From: Antedon mediterranea
Taxonomy: Eukaryota; Animalia; Echinodermata
Direction of reading: 5' to 3'
Assembly (NCBI RefSeq): GCF_964355755.1
Contig: NC_092671.1
Coordinates: 18,166,001 to 18,230,000, forward strand
Length of the DNA: 64,000 nt
The notes beneath the pieces are model-generated. The model searched no databases, was not told the origin of the DNA, and worked only from the letters and a program-made list of their open reading frames with translations. Positions 1-13,326 of the stretch are shown one piece after another. The position numbers were made by a program, and so were the translations under genes. Each line of letters opens with the position of its first letter. The first letter of the stretch is position 1.

Positions 1-27
1 CTCTATTATATCCATCTATTTTTTCAG

Positions 28-2671
28 GCAAGACGGATTATTGGAGATTTTTCAATAGCTATCGCAATTTTTCTCATGGTGCTTTTAGACTTTGCAATAA
101 AAAATATATACACAGATGTAAGTTTTTCAAAATTGTCATGGCACAATTAAGTACTAGTGTAGATTTCAACTTTTCCCACATATGGGAAGTGCATATAGAC
201 TTTAAAAAAATGTGAATACTCATTTGCTTGAACCTAGCTACTTTCCCAGAATATTGTCATATATTAAAGTCATATCATACAAAGAACTGTTTTTTTCATT
301 CAAAGAAATTGACTGTATCATCACATTTGAAAGATGAAAGAACAATGTTTATACATCCATTAGGAAATGAAGATCAACCAATTACTGTGGCAATAATATT
401 TGCAGCAGCTATTCCGGCTTTTATGGTTTTTATTCTTCTTTATATTGAAATTTTACTCACAGGGTAAGTGGACTCAAAATATATAGTTTCTACTATTATA
501 TGGTTTTGTGCTAGGGAGTTCAGTTGATTAGTTAAATATTTGCCCAACTTTGAAGAAAGTTTATCATAGTTTTTTAATTGAATTTATCTAGGTAAAGCAA
601 TATATTTTACAATTGAGTTTTAAAAGTGAATCAACAAAATGTTAGTATCTGCAATAATTTAAACTCATCAATTCCCTTATTTTTAATGTTTTTTAAAGTT
701 TTAAACTTTGTAATGCAACTCATTTCAGATTCGGCTGCCCACTTGCAAATATGTTTTTATACCTGAATAAATAAATAATTGTATTGAGAATTGTAAGTTG
801 TTCTCAAACCCATGACTTCCTTAGGCTGCATGCGTTGATAGATGATAGGGTTAGATTCACGCTTGTGGAAGCATTGGGTATATACTGCACCGATATGTGG
901 ATAAGTCGATAGGCATTTCACAATGCTACATGAGTATGTATGTGTAAAGGCAATATATGAATAAAAAATACATTTATATTTTTTAGGGTGGTTGTAAACA
1001 AGAAAGAAAACAAATTAAAAAAAGGCTCTGGGTTTCATCTCGATCTTTTAATTATGGGAGCTTTGTCGTTCATCTGTGGATTCTTGGGTCTGCCTTGGAT
1101 GTGTGCTGCTACAGTACGCACAGTGTCTCACGTCGGCAGCGTCAGTACGTTTACGCATTCATCAGCACCTGGTGTAAAACCAAAGCTTGAGAATATTAAG
1201 GAACAACGTGTAACAGGGTTTATGGTTAGCTTTTTAGTAGGTAAGGTTAAAATTTCAATTAGTCAAAATTAAACTTTACACCCAAACAAATATAAACTAA
1301 ATCACAAGTTAACTTATGATATTATAAAACAAACTCCAATCATGATTAATTCATAAATTTATCTTATTAATTTTGGTTGCTTAATTCATTTTCCGTCTAC
1401 TTATAAATATGAATAAAGATCGAAATATATACATTTTTAGAGTTTCATAAATTACAACTTGTTACTCAGAAAATGGAGAAGTTTTAGAGATTTTGACAAA
1501 CCCATTTGTCTGTGAAACTCGAACTATTAGTGTTTTTGGAACGAGCATGTACTGTCCACATTTGTATAGAGATCTTAAATGTACCTAGAAACTAGTTGCC
1601 TAATTGCTCACTTAATATTGACTCGTTCAGATTGTGACCAACAACACAGTATTCGTAAAAAATCGAAAAAATATAATACCACACATAGAGTAGATTGGCT
1701 TTCTTTAGATACTTCTAAAGTATTATTAAAAAACACAATTTATAAAGTAACATTTGGATTTATTATCTTTTAGGATTATCTGTGTTTATGAAACCAATCC
1801 TTATTGAGGTGCCATTAGCTGTTGTATATGGTGTTTTTATTTACCTTGGATTCTGCTCACTAAGTTCACTGCAGTTCATCAGTAGATTAAAGATCTTGTT
1901 CATGCCAAGTAAATATCACCCTGATGTTAGTTATGTACGAATGGTAAGTATCAATTTCTATGTTGAATAATGCTAATTGATTTTAAGTATTATTTATTAT
2001 TTGCAGTATAATAAGTTGAAGTACAGTATAGCCAATAGTTAATATCCCTCTGAAAAAAGGGGCTAGGCCTATAGAAACAATCAATGCAGGTACGGTAACA
2101 CCAAACTTCGTCTGAGATTTAGCAAGTTTTTTCTTCTTTAAAATGCATGTAACTTTGCCTATTTTTGGTCAACAGGTGAAGACATGGCGAATACATATGT
2201 TTACCATAATCCAGTTTCTGTGTTTGGTTGGATTATGGGTAGTAAAAATGTCGCCAAATGTTGCCATTGGGTTTCCATTCTTTTTAATGCTACTTGTTCC
2301 TGTTCGGCTTTTTCTTAAGAGGTTTGTGTACTCAGAACGAGAAATTAATGCGGTAAATACTTGTTTTTATTTTTTTTTGTCAACAGCTATATGTCAGTAT
2401 TATACCAACTACTTAGAGAAGATTTTTTTTCATACAAAAAAAAATGAAAGCAATTAAAGTACAGTACTATAAATACTTTAAATAGTATGTACTATTGCAC
2501 GCCATAGTCCAATCAAATGACAGGAAATAAATATAAAATAAAAATAATTGATTACCATAGCAAGGTAAAAGCCTTTCTCTAAAATACAATTTAATTGATC
2601 TAATTTGTATGTTTCAGCTGGATAGTGAAGAAGAAGAAAAAGAAGATGGAAATTCAGATGAGCATTTTTGA
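28..2671 (+). CDS. SLC4A2: SLC4 anion exchanger (band 3/AE1-3-like), 3' part, last 6 coding exons
   Basis: Phase-consistent GT-AG exons 28-117, 306-463, 987-1240, 1774-1943, 2176-2352 and 2618-2671 (TGA). Peptides RRIIGDFSIAIAIFLMVLLD, KKENKLKKGSGFHLDL, LPWMCAATVRTVSH, EQRVTG and [23 protein letters not shown] match the AE transmembrane domain. The AE1 E681 and R730 equivalents are present. The symbol is family-level; the exact ortholog is not resolvable. The 5' part lies upstream of the window. Confidence 0.93.
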
Positions 2672-3499
2672 TTGACCATATATTTGAAAATAGACAGTTC
2701 GTATGACAGTCAGACTTTCTCATACAGTACAAGATATGTACTTTCAGAGTTATCATGTATAATGTGTACATCGTCATTTTCATAAGAACAATTTCAAAAT
2801 ATCAGATGGTCAAAATATGCAAAATTATTTTTGGGTGGATAGGGGAAGACTCTGTATACTCTCTAAATATAGATATTTATAATACTGTATAGATGTTAAA
2901 AAAAAATAATTAAATTAAATATATAAACTCATTTTAATATATGTGCAAATAATATCATCTTATGGCGTCATAAAAACATTTTCTCAAAAAACGCCAAAAT
3001 AATGTACTTAGATATTCAATTATTGTGCACTGATTTTGGTATATGTGCATATATATTTCATTATCATCATCTTATGGTGTCAATAAGTTATGGTAAAATA
3101 ATATAAGAGGGTCAAAATATGGTCATTAAGAAAAAAAATGGATGATTAAAAAAAATCACCAAAAATATACATTTATACTGTACTAGAGTCTTAGTAACCA
3201 GTTATTTTAAGAAAATGGATAAAGAATGGCGATTATTAAAGAAAATCCCTGTGCTATGATATATAATATAAAGACATTTTTGAACAGAATAATGACTTTT
3301 GATATTGTGTGTATTATAACATATGTGATTCTGAGCATGTCAATTTTTGTCTATAATTTCACTGTACTATAATACAGGAATTTTTTCAAAACAATAATCA
3401 CAAAAATATAGACTTATTGAGGTAACATGCGCAGAACAGATTATGTGATTCTAGGCAATTTCCTGGAAATTTTCCTGTACTATTTTTTTTAAAAATTTG

Positions 3500-3715
3500 T
3501 TATTTATTTAATCCTAGGTAACTTCTTCGGAAAAAAGACTGGTCTCCCAGAGGCCGCAGTTATGATCAGTGACTGTGATGTACTAGTACACTGGGGTATT
3601 TCCCACCCCCCCCCCCCTACTCGTTTCAAAAGATGTACTAGGTTCTTTAGTTTAGTGCACAATGAGCTAGATGTGTACATTGAACCTACGGTTTATAGTC
3701 CTTATCCGAGAACTA
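3500..3715 (-). mobile_element. 5'-truncated SINE fragment (probable Meta-domain-type core)
   Basis: GC-richer island with 'ctactcgtttcaaaagatgtactaggttcttta...cctacggtttatagtccttatccgaga', which resembles a conserved metazoan SINE central domain. A (TTTA)n tract at about 3500-3510 is the 3' tail on the minus strand. Family assigned from memory of the consensus. Confidence 0.5.
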
Positions 3716-4882
3716 TGGTTACCAAAATATCGACATATTGAATTATTTATTGAAGTAACATGCATGGAAAAATTGTGATTTTTAATTTTTCAGAAAATTT
3801 TTCTGTAGTACCGTACTATACATATTAAGTATCAACTTATAAAAATAAGTATTTAGGAAAAAAAGTGCATGTCACATTATGATATAGCAACCAGGTATGT
3901 GAAAAAATAAAAGGGTTCGAAATATGATTATTTTGGCTACAATGTTGACCTACATACTGTTGAGGTGATTTTGCGCAGATCAATTGTTTGAAAATCTTCT
4001 CAGAGATATTTTTTTGAAAAATGAACAGAATATTGAATTATTTTAATTAGGTAACATGTTCAGAAAAGATTATGTGATTCTGCGCATGCAAATTTTAATT
4101 TTTCGCAAAAGTCAATGGTATTTTTATAAGTGAAAACATTACATTTTTTTCGTTTCTTTTTATTAATCTTTATTTTTTGTGTTTTTGGGGACAATACTTT
4201 ACTTGCTATATAGCGCATATACTGTAAGCAAGCTCTCAATACGCTGTACATAAATTAAAATAAAAAAGCTTCTCTGTCCTTTATTGGTCGAGGTAATTTC
4301 GCAGTCGGCCAATATATCTAATGGAAGCAGATCGAGCAATACTTTTCAGATGAGCATCCATTATCAAGTGACAGTCCAGTTGCCTATGCATCTCTTATAG
4401 CAATATTATTGCATAATAAAAATATCCATATTTTGTCAATTTTATATTTTTAAATAACTTGTTAATATGACTCTATAAAAAATATAAAACACATTAAATT
4501 ATGCACATATAAATATTATCGCATATATTTTTAAAAAGTTCATATTTTGGACACTGTATTTAGAGTCACTGTAACATACCAGTATAACAAAAAATCATCA
4601 ATTTTTTTTAGAAAAACATGTAATATTTGTTAATATAGTTTAGGGATTTTTTGCAGAAATCGCCTGAAAAAGGACTTTTGAAACTTCAATTATTATGTAC
4701 TCATTGTGGTATATGTGCAATTAAAACATTTTAATTCTTAAAACACCTAATTATATATTCTGTAGTTACAGATAAAAATATATAGAAATATTATATAATT
4801 AATGCTATTGTTCCATTTTGTTTTGTTATATTATCCTCTTTCAAATAATTTATAAATATGACCTTTGACCTTATGACCTACT

Positions 4883-7800
4883 TTAGGAAGACATTCCTGC
4901 AATTATTTCTGAATAAAATGGACCATACACTTGACGGTTGTGTACAACTAGTTTTTGAAAGCGCGTACTCATTTCTAAGATTTCTTTTTCAACTGTTTTT
5001 AGACCAGCTGGCACATGCTCAGATGGGTTGAATTTCCCTCTAGCAGTCAACATTTTCAACATAAAACTTTTGGCTCTGGAGTCTAAAAAATGAATGAACA
5101 AAATATGTAATATATTTAAATATTCAAGATTATAGGGCTTGGCTATATACATTTTAAAGTTTGTTTGTCAGTGGCAGCAAAAGATCTTCCACTCTTTGTA
5201 GATATCCTATAGTCTTAAGAATAACTAGCAGACATTGGCCACCTGATCTAAGTGATCTAGTAGGCTGGTAAATATGCACAAGCTTAGATAGGTTGACTGA
5301 CGCCAAATTGTGATGTGCCTTGTGATGGTTACAGTGTATTTCAGCCTTTAAAGTATGTATTTTTTTGTGTAAAACATAAAATAAAAATATAATAATAATA
5401 TAGAATAAAATCCAATTGAATATGCCATTTTGCCGTTTTAATAAAGTTTTTTTTTTTTTACTTGCGTAGAAAAATACATCCAAACAAAATGAATTTACTT
5501 ATAAAGACAAATAAACAGTAAAAATGTTTTTCTTAAAATACAGTTACTTCAGGTAAATTACTTTTTTTAATCCAATTGTTGGTCAAAGGGAATAAACTAA
5601 TTGTGACATTCAAATGGCAACAACAAATTAAAACAAATTTCAGGGGGACAATTTATAATAAGCAGAGAATACAATTTATTAGTAATTTTTTCTTACCCAA
5701 TAATTTTTGTACAGAATGGTTTCTATCAGCTACCGCCTGTAGTTGGCTCTTGAGGGTTTCCTGTTTTGTTGCATCCAACATTTGGTAATTGCTCTCTTTC
5801 AAACACTCATTGACCTCTTTACATAAGTAATCACCTATGTTTAGCATTGCAGCTGAATCGTCACTAGAAAACATTTTAAAAGAATTCAATTTCTTTTATT
5901 TCGGAATAATTTCATCCATATCAACAAATGTACAAACAGAAAAAGAAAATTTGCAAACTTTAAGCTTAAATATATAGGATACTTCTCTATCTACATTTTT
6001 ACGTTATGGAGCATATATTTGCAAACCCGAGCAACAAGAATAATAATACAACTATTTAACATACGTTGCATGAAACTAAAATAGATAGATTTTCGCATAT
6101 ACTCATTAAAAGAAGGGATGCCATGTTCAATAAACATCATACTGGCACTACTGCTTCTAGAGACATTCAGTATACGGCGCAGAGCATTATTGTAGCATAC
6201 ATTAGGAGATCTAATTGTCTTCATACGATAGTCAAACCAAAGAGCAGCACAATATAGAGGTTGGTACAGTATGGTATAGTTGTATCAATATGTTTTAAAT
6301 TGTTACAACTTCACAAACTAGTAAATTAACTATTTTAATACAAAAATAAATATAAATATCATTACCAATAAAACTAGACATGAAACTCGTCACTTTGACG
6401 AGTTAGTTATCCGCACAACGACAAACGCCACGTGCACGTCATACGTTAGAATATTGCACACAGATAAAGATTATGGCATTATGACAAGAACTGAAGAATA
6501 TGATATGCTGTTAGTGCTGAATTCTGTCAATTTTGTGTCATATAGTATATACATGCAAACAGTATAATCTGTATACATATTACATACAGTGTAGAATAGG
6601 TGAAATTACGAGACCCGCCATTTATTCAAATTTTTAACAAGGCGACGGTATCAAAATGAAACACTTAAATATCAATTTCAGAAGGAAATTATCTCAGAAA
6701 CAACATATTAACGTGTAGAAGAAATTTGAATACGTAAAATATAGATGCGCACCCTTTTAAATGTGATGAACTATTACGCAAAATATGAAAATACGACTTT
6801 TTTTATTCAACTGGCCATATGATGACGTCACAACATCCGATTGGCAAAATGTTTACATGAATTCGTATTTACAATCCAATAGCTTCCAGAAAACGTTTTA
6901 ATCGTGATTATCACATTTTATTCTTACGAGCTATTACAGATTAAAATTTACTGTAAAGATGAAATTAATGACCCACGTAATTAAAATTTTTAGGCATGAT
7001 GACGTTATAAAAATTAAAATATTTTTATCTCATGCTAAAGAAAGTTGATTGACCTAGACAATATATAAATATAGGAGAAAAAGGAATACAGATAAGCGTG
7101 ATGCGCTCCATTGAATGTGATGAGCAATAACGAAAGAGACAAAAATCCTATATTTTATATTCGTGTGGCCATATGATTACGTCACAATGTTTTTTTAGCC
7201 TTATTGATGCATGATCCGATATCTACAACTCATCAACTTCTAGATTTTGTAATAAAAATAAACGGTTCACGGTTTACTTTAGAAACTATGACTGTTTAAA
7301 AAAAGACATTATTTTGATGATTTTTTAAGCTTTTTCATAAAAAACGCGCACAAATTGTCTAATTCAACGTGTTCGTATGGCGTTATTTAAACTGGAAAAG
7401 GTCTAAATTGTTTTCAAAATTACTAGGAAAGGCTTGAAAAATATAATTCAAGAGAAAAAAATATGGTGTTAACGCTGCGTGTGTACCGCGCGCGTAAAAA
7501 ATTGCGCGCCCGTGGGAATTTTTGACATGCTCAAAATGACATGAAACGCGTAAAAAATTGATTAGAAATTAATTTTGCGCATTTTGAAATTTTAAATGCG
7601 CGTGCGCGCGTAACTTCTTGTGAAACATGCCATTTTTAATCCGTAGAAAGTTTGCCCCTGATATGACTTAAATTTTGTCAAAGTGTCAATACTAAATGAC
7701 TTTTGGTTTTTAATCTATGTTCAATCATTGAAATTCATAAAATTGCGCGTAAGTCACGTTGCACAACTATGACGTCATTCAAAAATAGGAGGTGCACAAC

Positions 7801-10800
7801 TTCACGTAAATGCCCATATGTTGTCAAAGTTATGAAATGTTATGTTTACACATTTTAGAGAAACGCGATCCACAAAAAGGAAGGATGGAAACGAGAATAA
7901 TACAGAAAAAAAATGTTGATCTCATACAATAACAAGGAGTTATCCGCTTGGTATACCAAGCGGATAACTAATAATACTTACTTTGTTCCATCAAGTAGAA
8001 TTTTTATTTCTCTTTTTAGTTTGCTAGGGAAACCCTTCTCTCCTGAGATGGCCATACCTACATTTGTATATGTGACCAATAGAATTGAAGCTATTAATGT
8101 CAATCTTTTTAGCTCCTCTCTTAGTTCTAGAAATCGTCCCTGATCCATGATTATGGTCTATGAACATAAAAAAATGATTTGAACAATTACTACAATTACA
8201 CTTTATATTATTATATATTTGATTTATTTATCAATAATGTACTATCCAAATAATGTTTGTTTATATCTGTCATCGTATTAAAATAATAATGAAAATTCAA
8301 ACAATTAGTATTATAAATGTATAAAATAAAAAATATGAGTTTGATTAAAGCTAATGTTTAATTATTTACCTCAGGAAATAAAGAATTAGTCGGCCAATCG
8401 AATAGCTTGATATAAGCACCATTGATAATTTTTATAGGAGAGATTTGATTGGCTACAGAAACTCCAGCAGTATCTGCTTGGTCTGAGGGGGCAGAGAGCT
8501 CTTCTTTCATATGTGTAAGCCATTTCTTTGTAAGTTCAAGTCCATCTAAAAAAAAAAACAATAAGTTAAGGAAAGTGGTAAGAAGTGGAGAAAAGGGGCA
8601 AGATTGTAAAAGCAGAAATAAGGGCAAGATTGTAAAAGCAGAAAAAGGGTAAAAGCAGAAAAAGGGCAGAGATAGTAAAAGCAGAAAAACAGGGCAAGAG
8701 ATTGTAAAGGCAGAAAAAAGGGTAGAGATTGTACAAGCAGAAAAAAGGCAGAGATTGTAAAAGAGGAGATTGTAAAAGGTGGAGACAAAGGGCAAGATGC
8801 CAAGAAGTGATGGTAACAACAGACTCAACTTACCTTTTTGTGTTTTAAGGAACTCGCTAAATTTATTTCGTTCGTAGTTGACAGATTGTTGTTGAATATG
8901 TGGACGAAATGTGTTGATTGTGAAATTTGCCATATCCAGCTTCATCAGATCTAGTACTCGTAATATTTCGCTATAAAATGAACATTAGCAATATTTAATA
9001 TGAATATATACGTTATAAAGTTTTTCTCTTGAATTCTAAAAAGCGATTTTTAAAAAACAGATAGATTTTGACCCTCACATAAAAGCTCTACAATACCATT
9101 GTATGATGATAATGCAAAAATGTGCACATATATAACAATATAAACATGTTATAATTAAACTTTGAAAAGTTCATACTTCATGTGATTTTTGGAATATTTC
9201 TGACCTATTATAAGTACATGGTTTTTTAAAGGAATATTTTGACCTTATATTTTTACATAAATTGGTCATATGACACCATAAGATAATAAGTTAAAGTGCC
9301 TAATATTAGTAATTACGCAAAACGTATATATTTTATTATAGTATATTTTGGGGAATGTTTGGAAAGTGGACATATTTTGAATTGGTTTTTTTTTCTCTCC
9401 CATTGCCACTCCAGAATGGATTAATCTAAATTGCTCTTAATAAAGATGTGACCCTGCCTTTCGACATTACATAATAGAACTATTTTATGTACAAAATACA
9501 TGAGTCATACATATCATAAAGACAGAAATTAAACCTACCGAAATAAAGCAATGACATCTGTAAGAAGTTTAAGTTTTTCAATTTCTTTGTCTCTGACAGG
9601 AGCACATATTTTCCCCATTAATGTGATTATGTAGCCAGCATACTGGAGTACATCTAAGACTCCATGTTCTGCCTGTTGTTGAATTAATTGTGTGTCAATT
9701 TTCTCATTGATTTCTTCAATTTGTTTACTGTTTTGAGGTAAAATCAACATGTTCAGCGTCTGAATATTGTAAAAAAAAATTGTATTAAAAACTCTCCATA
9801 TTTACAAGTGAACGTAACCGAGATAGAGTTCACAATGCGACGCCATTTTTGTTTGTTCATCATTCAGTTTTGTGGGACAATCATCAATAAATTGGTTGGT
9901 GTTGCTTGTGACACAGAAAACATAGTTAATTGGTCTTCTACCTCTAGACATGGCAGTCTAATAAAGATGTCGGAAATGACCTGATCTTTTGCTGGATAGC
10001 AGTGACCAGCAAATTTAGTTCTATGCTGCGAAACTATGGATGATATTGGATGGACTCTATCTGATATTTCAGCTATGCAAAATAAATATTATTAAAAGTA
10101 AATAAACTAAATATAGAAGTATAAGTAGTTGTAATATTAATCAAATTGTTACAAAGATTAATTAAGAAAGTCAGAAAGAGAGACACTACAAAAAACAAAT
10201 TTAAAAAATACCTCTTTGACTTCACCAAGTAAACCAATAGCACGTGTATAGTTTGGGGGGTCTTCCTGCAGATCATCTTGTAAGCTATCCCAGAATGCTC
10301 TGTGCATTACATCCCTCACCTGTTTCTCTAGTCTGATGAAAAGAAAAAAGTGTAGATACCCAATTTATTGTTCATGTACATAGGTACCACAAAGGTGGGC
10401 CCAACAGTGTTGGAAATAACCACTTTTTTTGGTTGCTTTTAATTTTATATATCGGTATATTTATCAAAAACAATAAAACAACATTGGAAAAATTCATCTC
10501 CTTCCCAAAATATTTTTGAAATCAAATTTTCGTTTTTAGTGAAGGTGAAGATAAACAAAAATAAAACAACAACAAATAATTTTTAAAGTGATTGCCAATG
10601 CACACATCAATTGATGCATTTTTCATAATTTTGTTTAATTCTAGCTCTTATTCACCAATTAACAATTTATTTTCCACATACTACTACTACAACAACTAAG
10701 TACATGGAGGATGCATATTTTAAGATATGTGCAAAGCACTGTTCTTTTAGCTATAAGCACAACACCACTGACCAAACAATCAAAGTATGTATTGGTTACG

Positions 10801-11631
10801 GTATATGTTGGTGATCGAATAATGTTTACTATTTCCATTTGAATATGATATTATATTTATATATACCTATTATATAAGTAAACACTATATGGGCATAAAG
10901 ATGAACTTGATAAATACCAAAAACTTACGAATTTTCAGGTAAAACCGTAGGGGTAAGTTTGAAGTCTTTATCAACACTAATCTCATGAACGAGTGACATG
11001 TTTGAGACAAGGTCAGCAGCCTGAAGAAGCTCTTCAAATGTGGCATGTCTTCCAGGAGAGGCTATTGTACAGTTGGATAAACAAAGGTAACCATTTGTTG
11101 AATAAGTAATTATCAGGGGCGGATCCAGCATTACAGATTAGGGGGGAGGGGGGGGGGGGGGGGAGAGGGTCGGGTTGCAGAAAACCAAAAATAATCAATA
11201 TTTTATTTTAAAGACATGGCTGTTTAATTTTCAGTTGGGGATAAAGCCTTTTTAGTCCCCGCCGAATTCCATGCCAAATTATTAATAAATTGCAAAATTT
11301 ATTGAATTTCAACTGGGAGATTAAAAAGATTAATCTTCATGATGATGCATAGTCATTTGGCAATTTCAAAAAGCGAGAAACAACGATGCCTATCACTATT
11401 GGCTATTGTTTTAAATTTCACAACTTGGTGGAAAATGTGCTACTAATTTATATATTATTACAACTAACCTGAGATAGCTGCGGAATCTGAACCAGCAGGT
11501 GACTGTGACCGCAGACGTTTCCTCAATACCTCTTCCTCTCCTGATGACCCAAACTGTTGATCGTCATCTTGTTGGCTTTCATCTTCCTCTTCTGAATGTT
11601 CTTTTACATCTTTGTTTTGTTTCTCTGCCAT
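4883..11631 (-). CDS. TCP11L1: T-complex protein 11-like (TCP11L1/2 family)
   Basis: Nine phase-consistent coding exons: 11469-11631 (ATG), 10929-11061, 10212-10332, 9539-9759, 8834-8970, 8370-8545, 7982-8157, 5697-5863 and 4883-5082 (TAA). Motifs include [46 protein letters not shown] and [10 protein letters not shown]. Confidence 0.93.
5991..6290 (-). mobile_element. Non-LTR retrotransposon (LINE) ORF2 C-terminal fragment
   Basis: The peptide [38 protein letters not shown] resembles the post-RT C-terminus of invertebrate LINEs. It lies in a TCP11L intron and is truncated and degenerate. Confidence 0.6.
6372..7972 (-). mobile_element. HINE (Helentron-associated non-autonomous element, DINE-1-like), about 1.6 kb
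   Basis: Read on the minus strand: a 5' subTIR with adjacent inverted repeat (agttatccgcttggtataccaagcggataact, 7938-7969), a 3' subTIR (agttatccgc at about 6405), a terminal stem-loop aactcgtca-ctt-tgacgagtt, and a CTAG end next to a T run. No TSD. Confidence 0.8.
8585..8800. repeat. Degenerate ~22-bp purine-rich minisatellite in a TCP11L intron
   Basis: Repeated agattgtaaaagcagaaaaagggc-like units. Confidence 0.75.
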
Positions 11632-12473
11632 AATATTTTCACTGATACAACATGAAATAATACAAAAAAAAATGTTTTTTTTTTGTGTTAAATCCATGAA
11701 AAGACATTCAAAGCAATTAAGCTACTTTAAAGTAGTACACTGTTTCTGTATTTTTATCATATACAGTAATTAACCATAAAATGCACATTTAAGACAAGGA
11801 ATGACATGGTTTAATATTTTTAAAGTAATAACTAATATATATGCATTGTTTACAAATCATCAACAATTGTAGACACAAACAGTAGTAGATTTGAGCTATA
11901 CATTGTATTCAAATTTGTTTCTATATGCATACACAATTATTCAAAATGTATGCTCTTGATTACACAACAATTATGTTGTTATTATTGTGTAATTAGTCAT
12001 GCATGGAAATTGGCACAATCCACAACACTTTGAAAACATGTATGTAGGCCCTAGCGAGCTACTGCTGAAACAGGGAAATAAATATTTATTTTTAAATTCT
12101 TTATCCTATCTGACCCTCACCACGTATACGACATGTCATAACTCATTGTCTTGAATTGAAGGGAAATATAGGCCTAGTATTATTAGTGTCTTCTCTTCTT
12201 GGTCTTGGCATCATAGGCCTAGCTAGGGTAGAGAACAGTCAGGCCTAGTTAGAGTATAGTAGTGCAATAACTGGCCCGGCTGACGGTGTGTTGTTGTCGA
12301 AAAATCAGGCCAAATCGAGCCGCCTATCAAAGTATGTCATAATAGGCCTACTACTAGCTACCTAGTAGGCCTAGCCTTGTCTAACAATAACATGTCATAC
12401 TAGGCCTAGGCCTAGCCTACTACTAGGAGGGCTAGGCCTAGCCTAGCCTATTATAAGTATAACGTTTTATTTG

Positions 12474-13263
12474 GATTAGGCCAAGTTGAGCCGCCGACAA
12501 GTTGAGCCGCCACCAGAAAAACGTTATTTTTTATGGAACGCCAAATGCTAACTTTCGCCGGTGCTCGTTCTATTTATATTATTAGGGATCGATGTACATT
12601 CAAAAGTTTATATATCATGGTTTTTAGTATATATATTATTAAATATTATAATTAAAGAAATAATTATGAAAATCTGGCTTGTAGATTCCAAAATATAAAA
12701 CATCACCGAAAGTGATCGTTTTTAGCCAAAAATGACGTAAACATGTTGCCCCTCAGTCGGCAGTTGTATGAACTAGGCTTACTCCATTTTTCGGTAAAAT
12801 AATTACATAAAATCACGTTTTTTAGTAAAATATTTTGTGTATTTAACATTGTAAAATTCAATAAAATATGATATTAAAAGATTAGTAAATAAAAAATAAT
12901 ATTTATTTAATCTCATTCGAAGAATGTTAATACTCTATTAATTAGTCCTGAGAGAGGACAACGTGACTTTACGTGGTAGGCCTACACGTGGCGAGAAAAA
13001 TTATGAGTGCACTGAATTTTTTCCTCGAAAGATTAAAAACAATTACATTATTAAATATTACTACTTTCCTTTGCTGTGTTGTTAATTATAATATGTAATT
13101 ATATATTATTTATTTTCATGACACAATAAACCAAGACCATGAACTTATGTACTAGGACACCATCCTAATCACTACGCGAAATGTCGTAAAAGACGCATGC
13201 ACTGGGCGTTTCATAGAAATCACCGGCGGCTCAACTTGTCGGCGGCCCAACCGGTCATATCCC
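12474..13263. mobile_element. Mutator-like (MULE) MITE, copy 1
   Basis: 9-bp TSD TTTTATTTG (12465-12473 and 13264-13272). Imperfect TIRs contain gccgccgacaagttgagccgcc / ggcggctcaacttgtcggcggc. Ends are G...C. Co-linear with 23089-23910. Confidence 0.88.
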
Positions 13264-13326
13264 TTTTATTTGTAGACCTACCACAATGACCTTATAACTT
13301 GTATTGTACGCTTTCGCTTAACTTAC

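Noticed and set aside
2478-4251. Short ORFs (for example 2478-2783 and 4060-4251) and most other 60-110 aa ORFs in the track
   Set aside because: Low-complexity AT-rich translations, antisense shadows of real exons, or repeat-derived; no recognisable domains.
11113-11275. CAGGGGCGGATCCAG-type ends suggesting small hAT MITEs (also about 17560-17675, 24691-24835 and 32545-32720)
   Set aside because: Too degenerate; paired TIRs and TSDs could not be confirmed.
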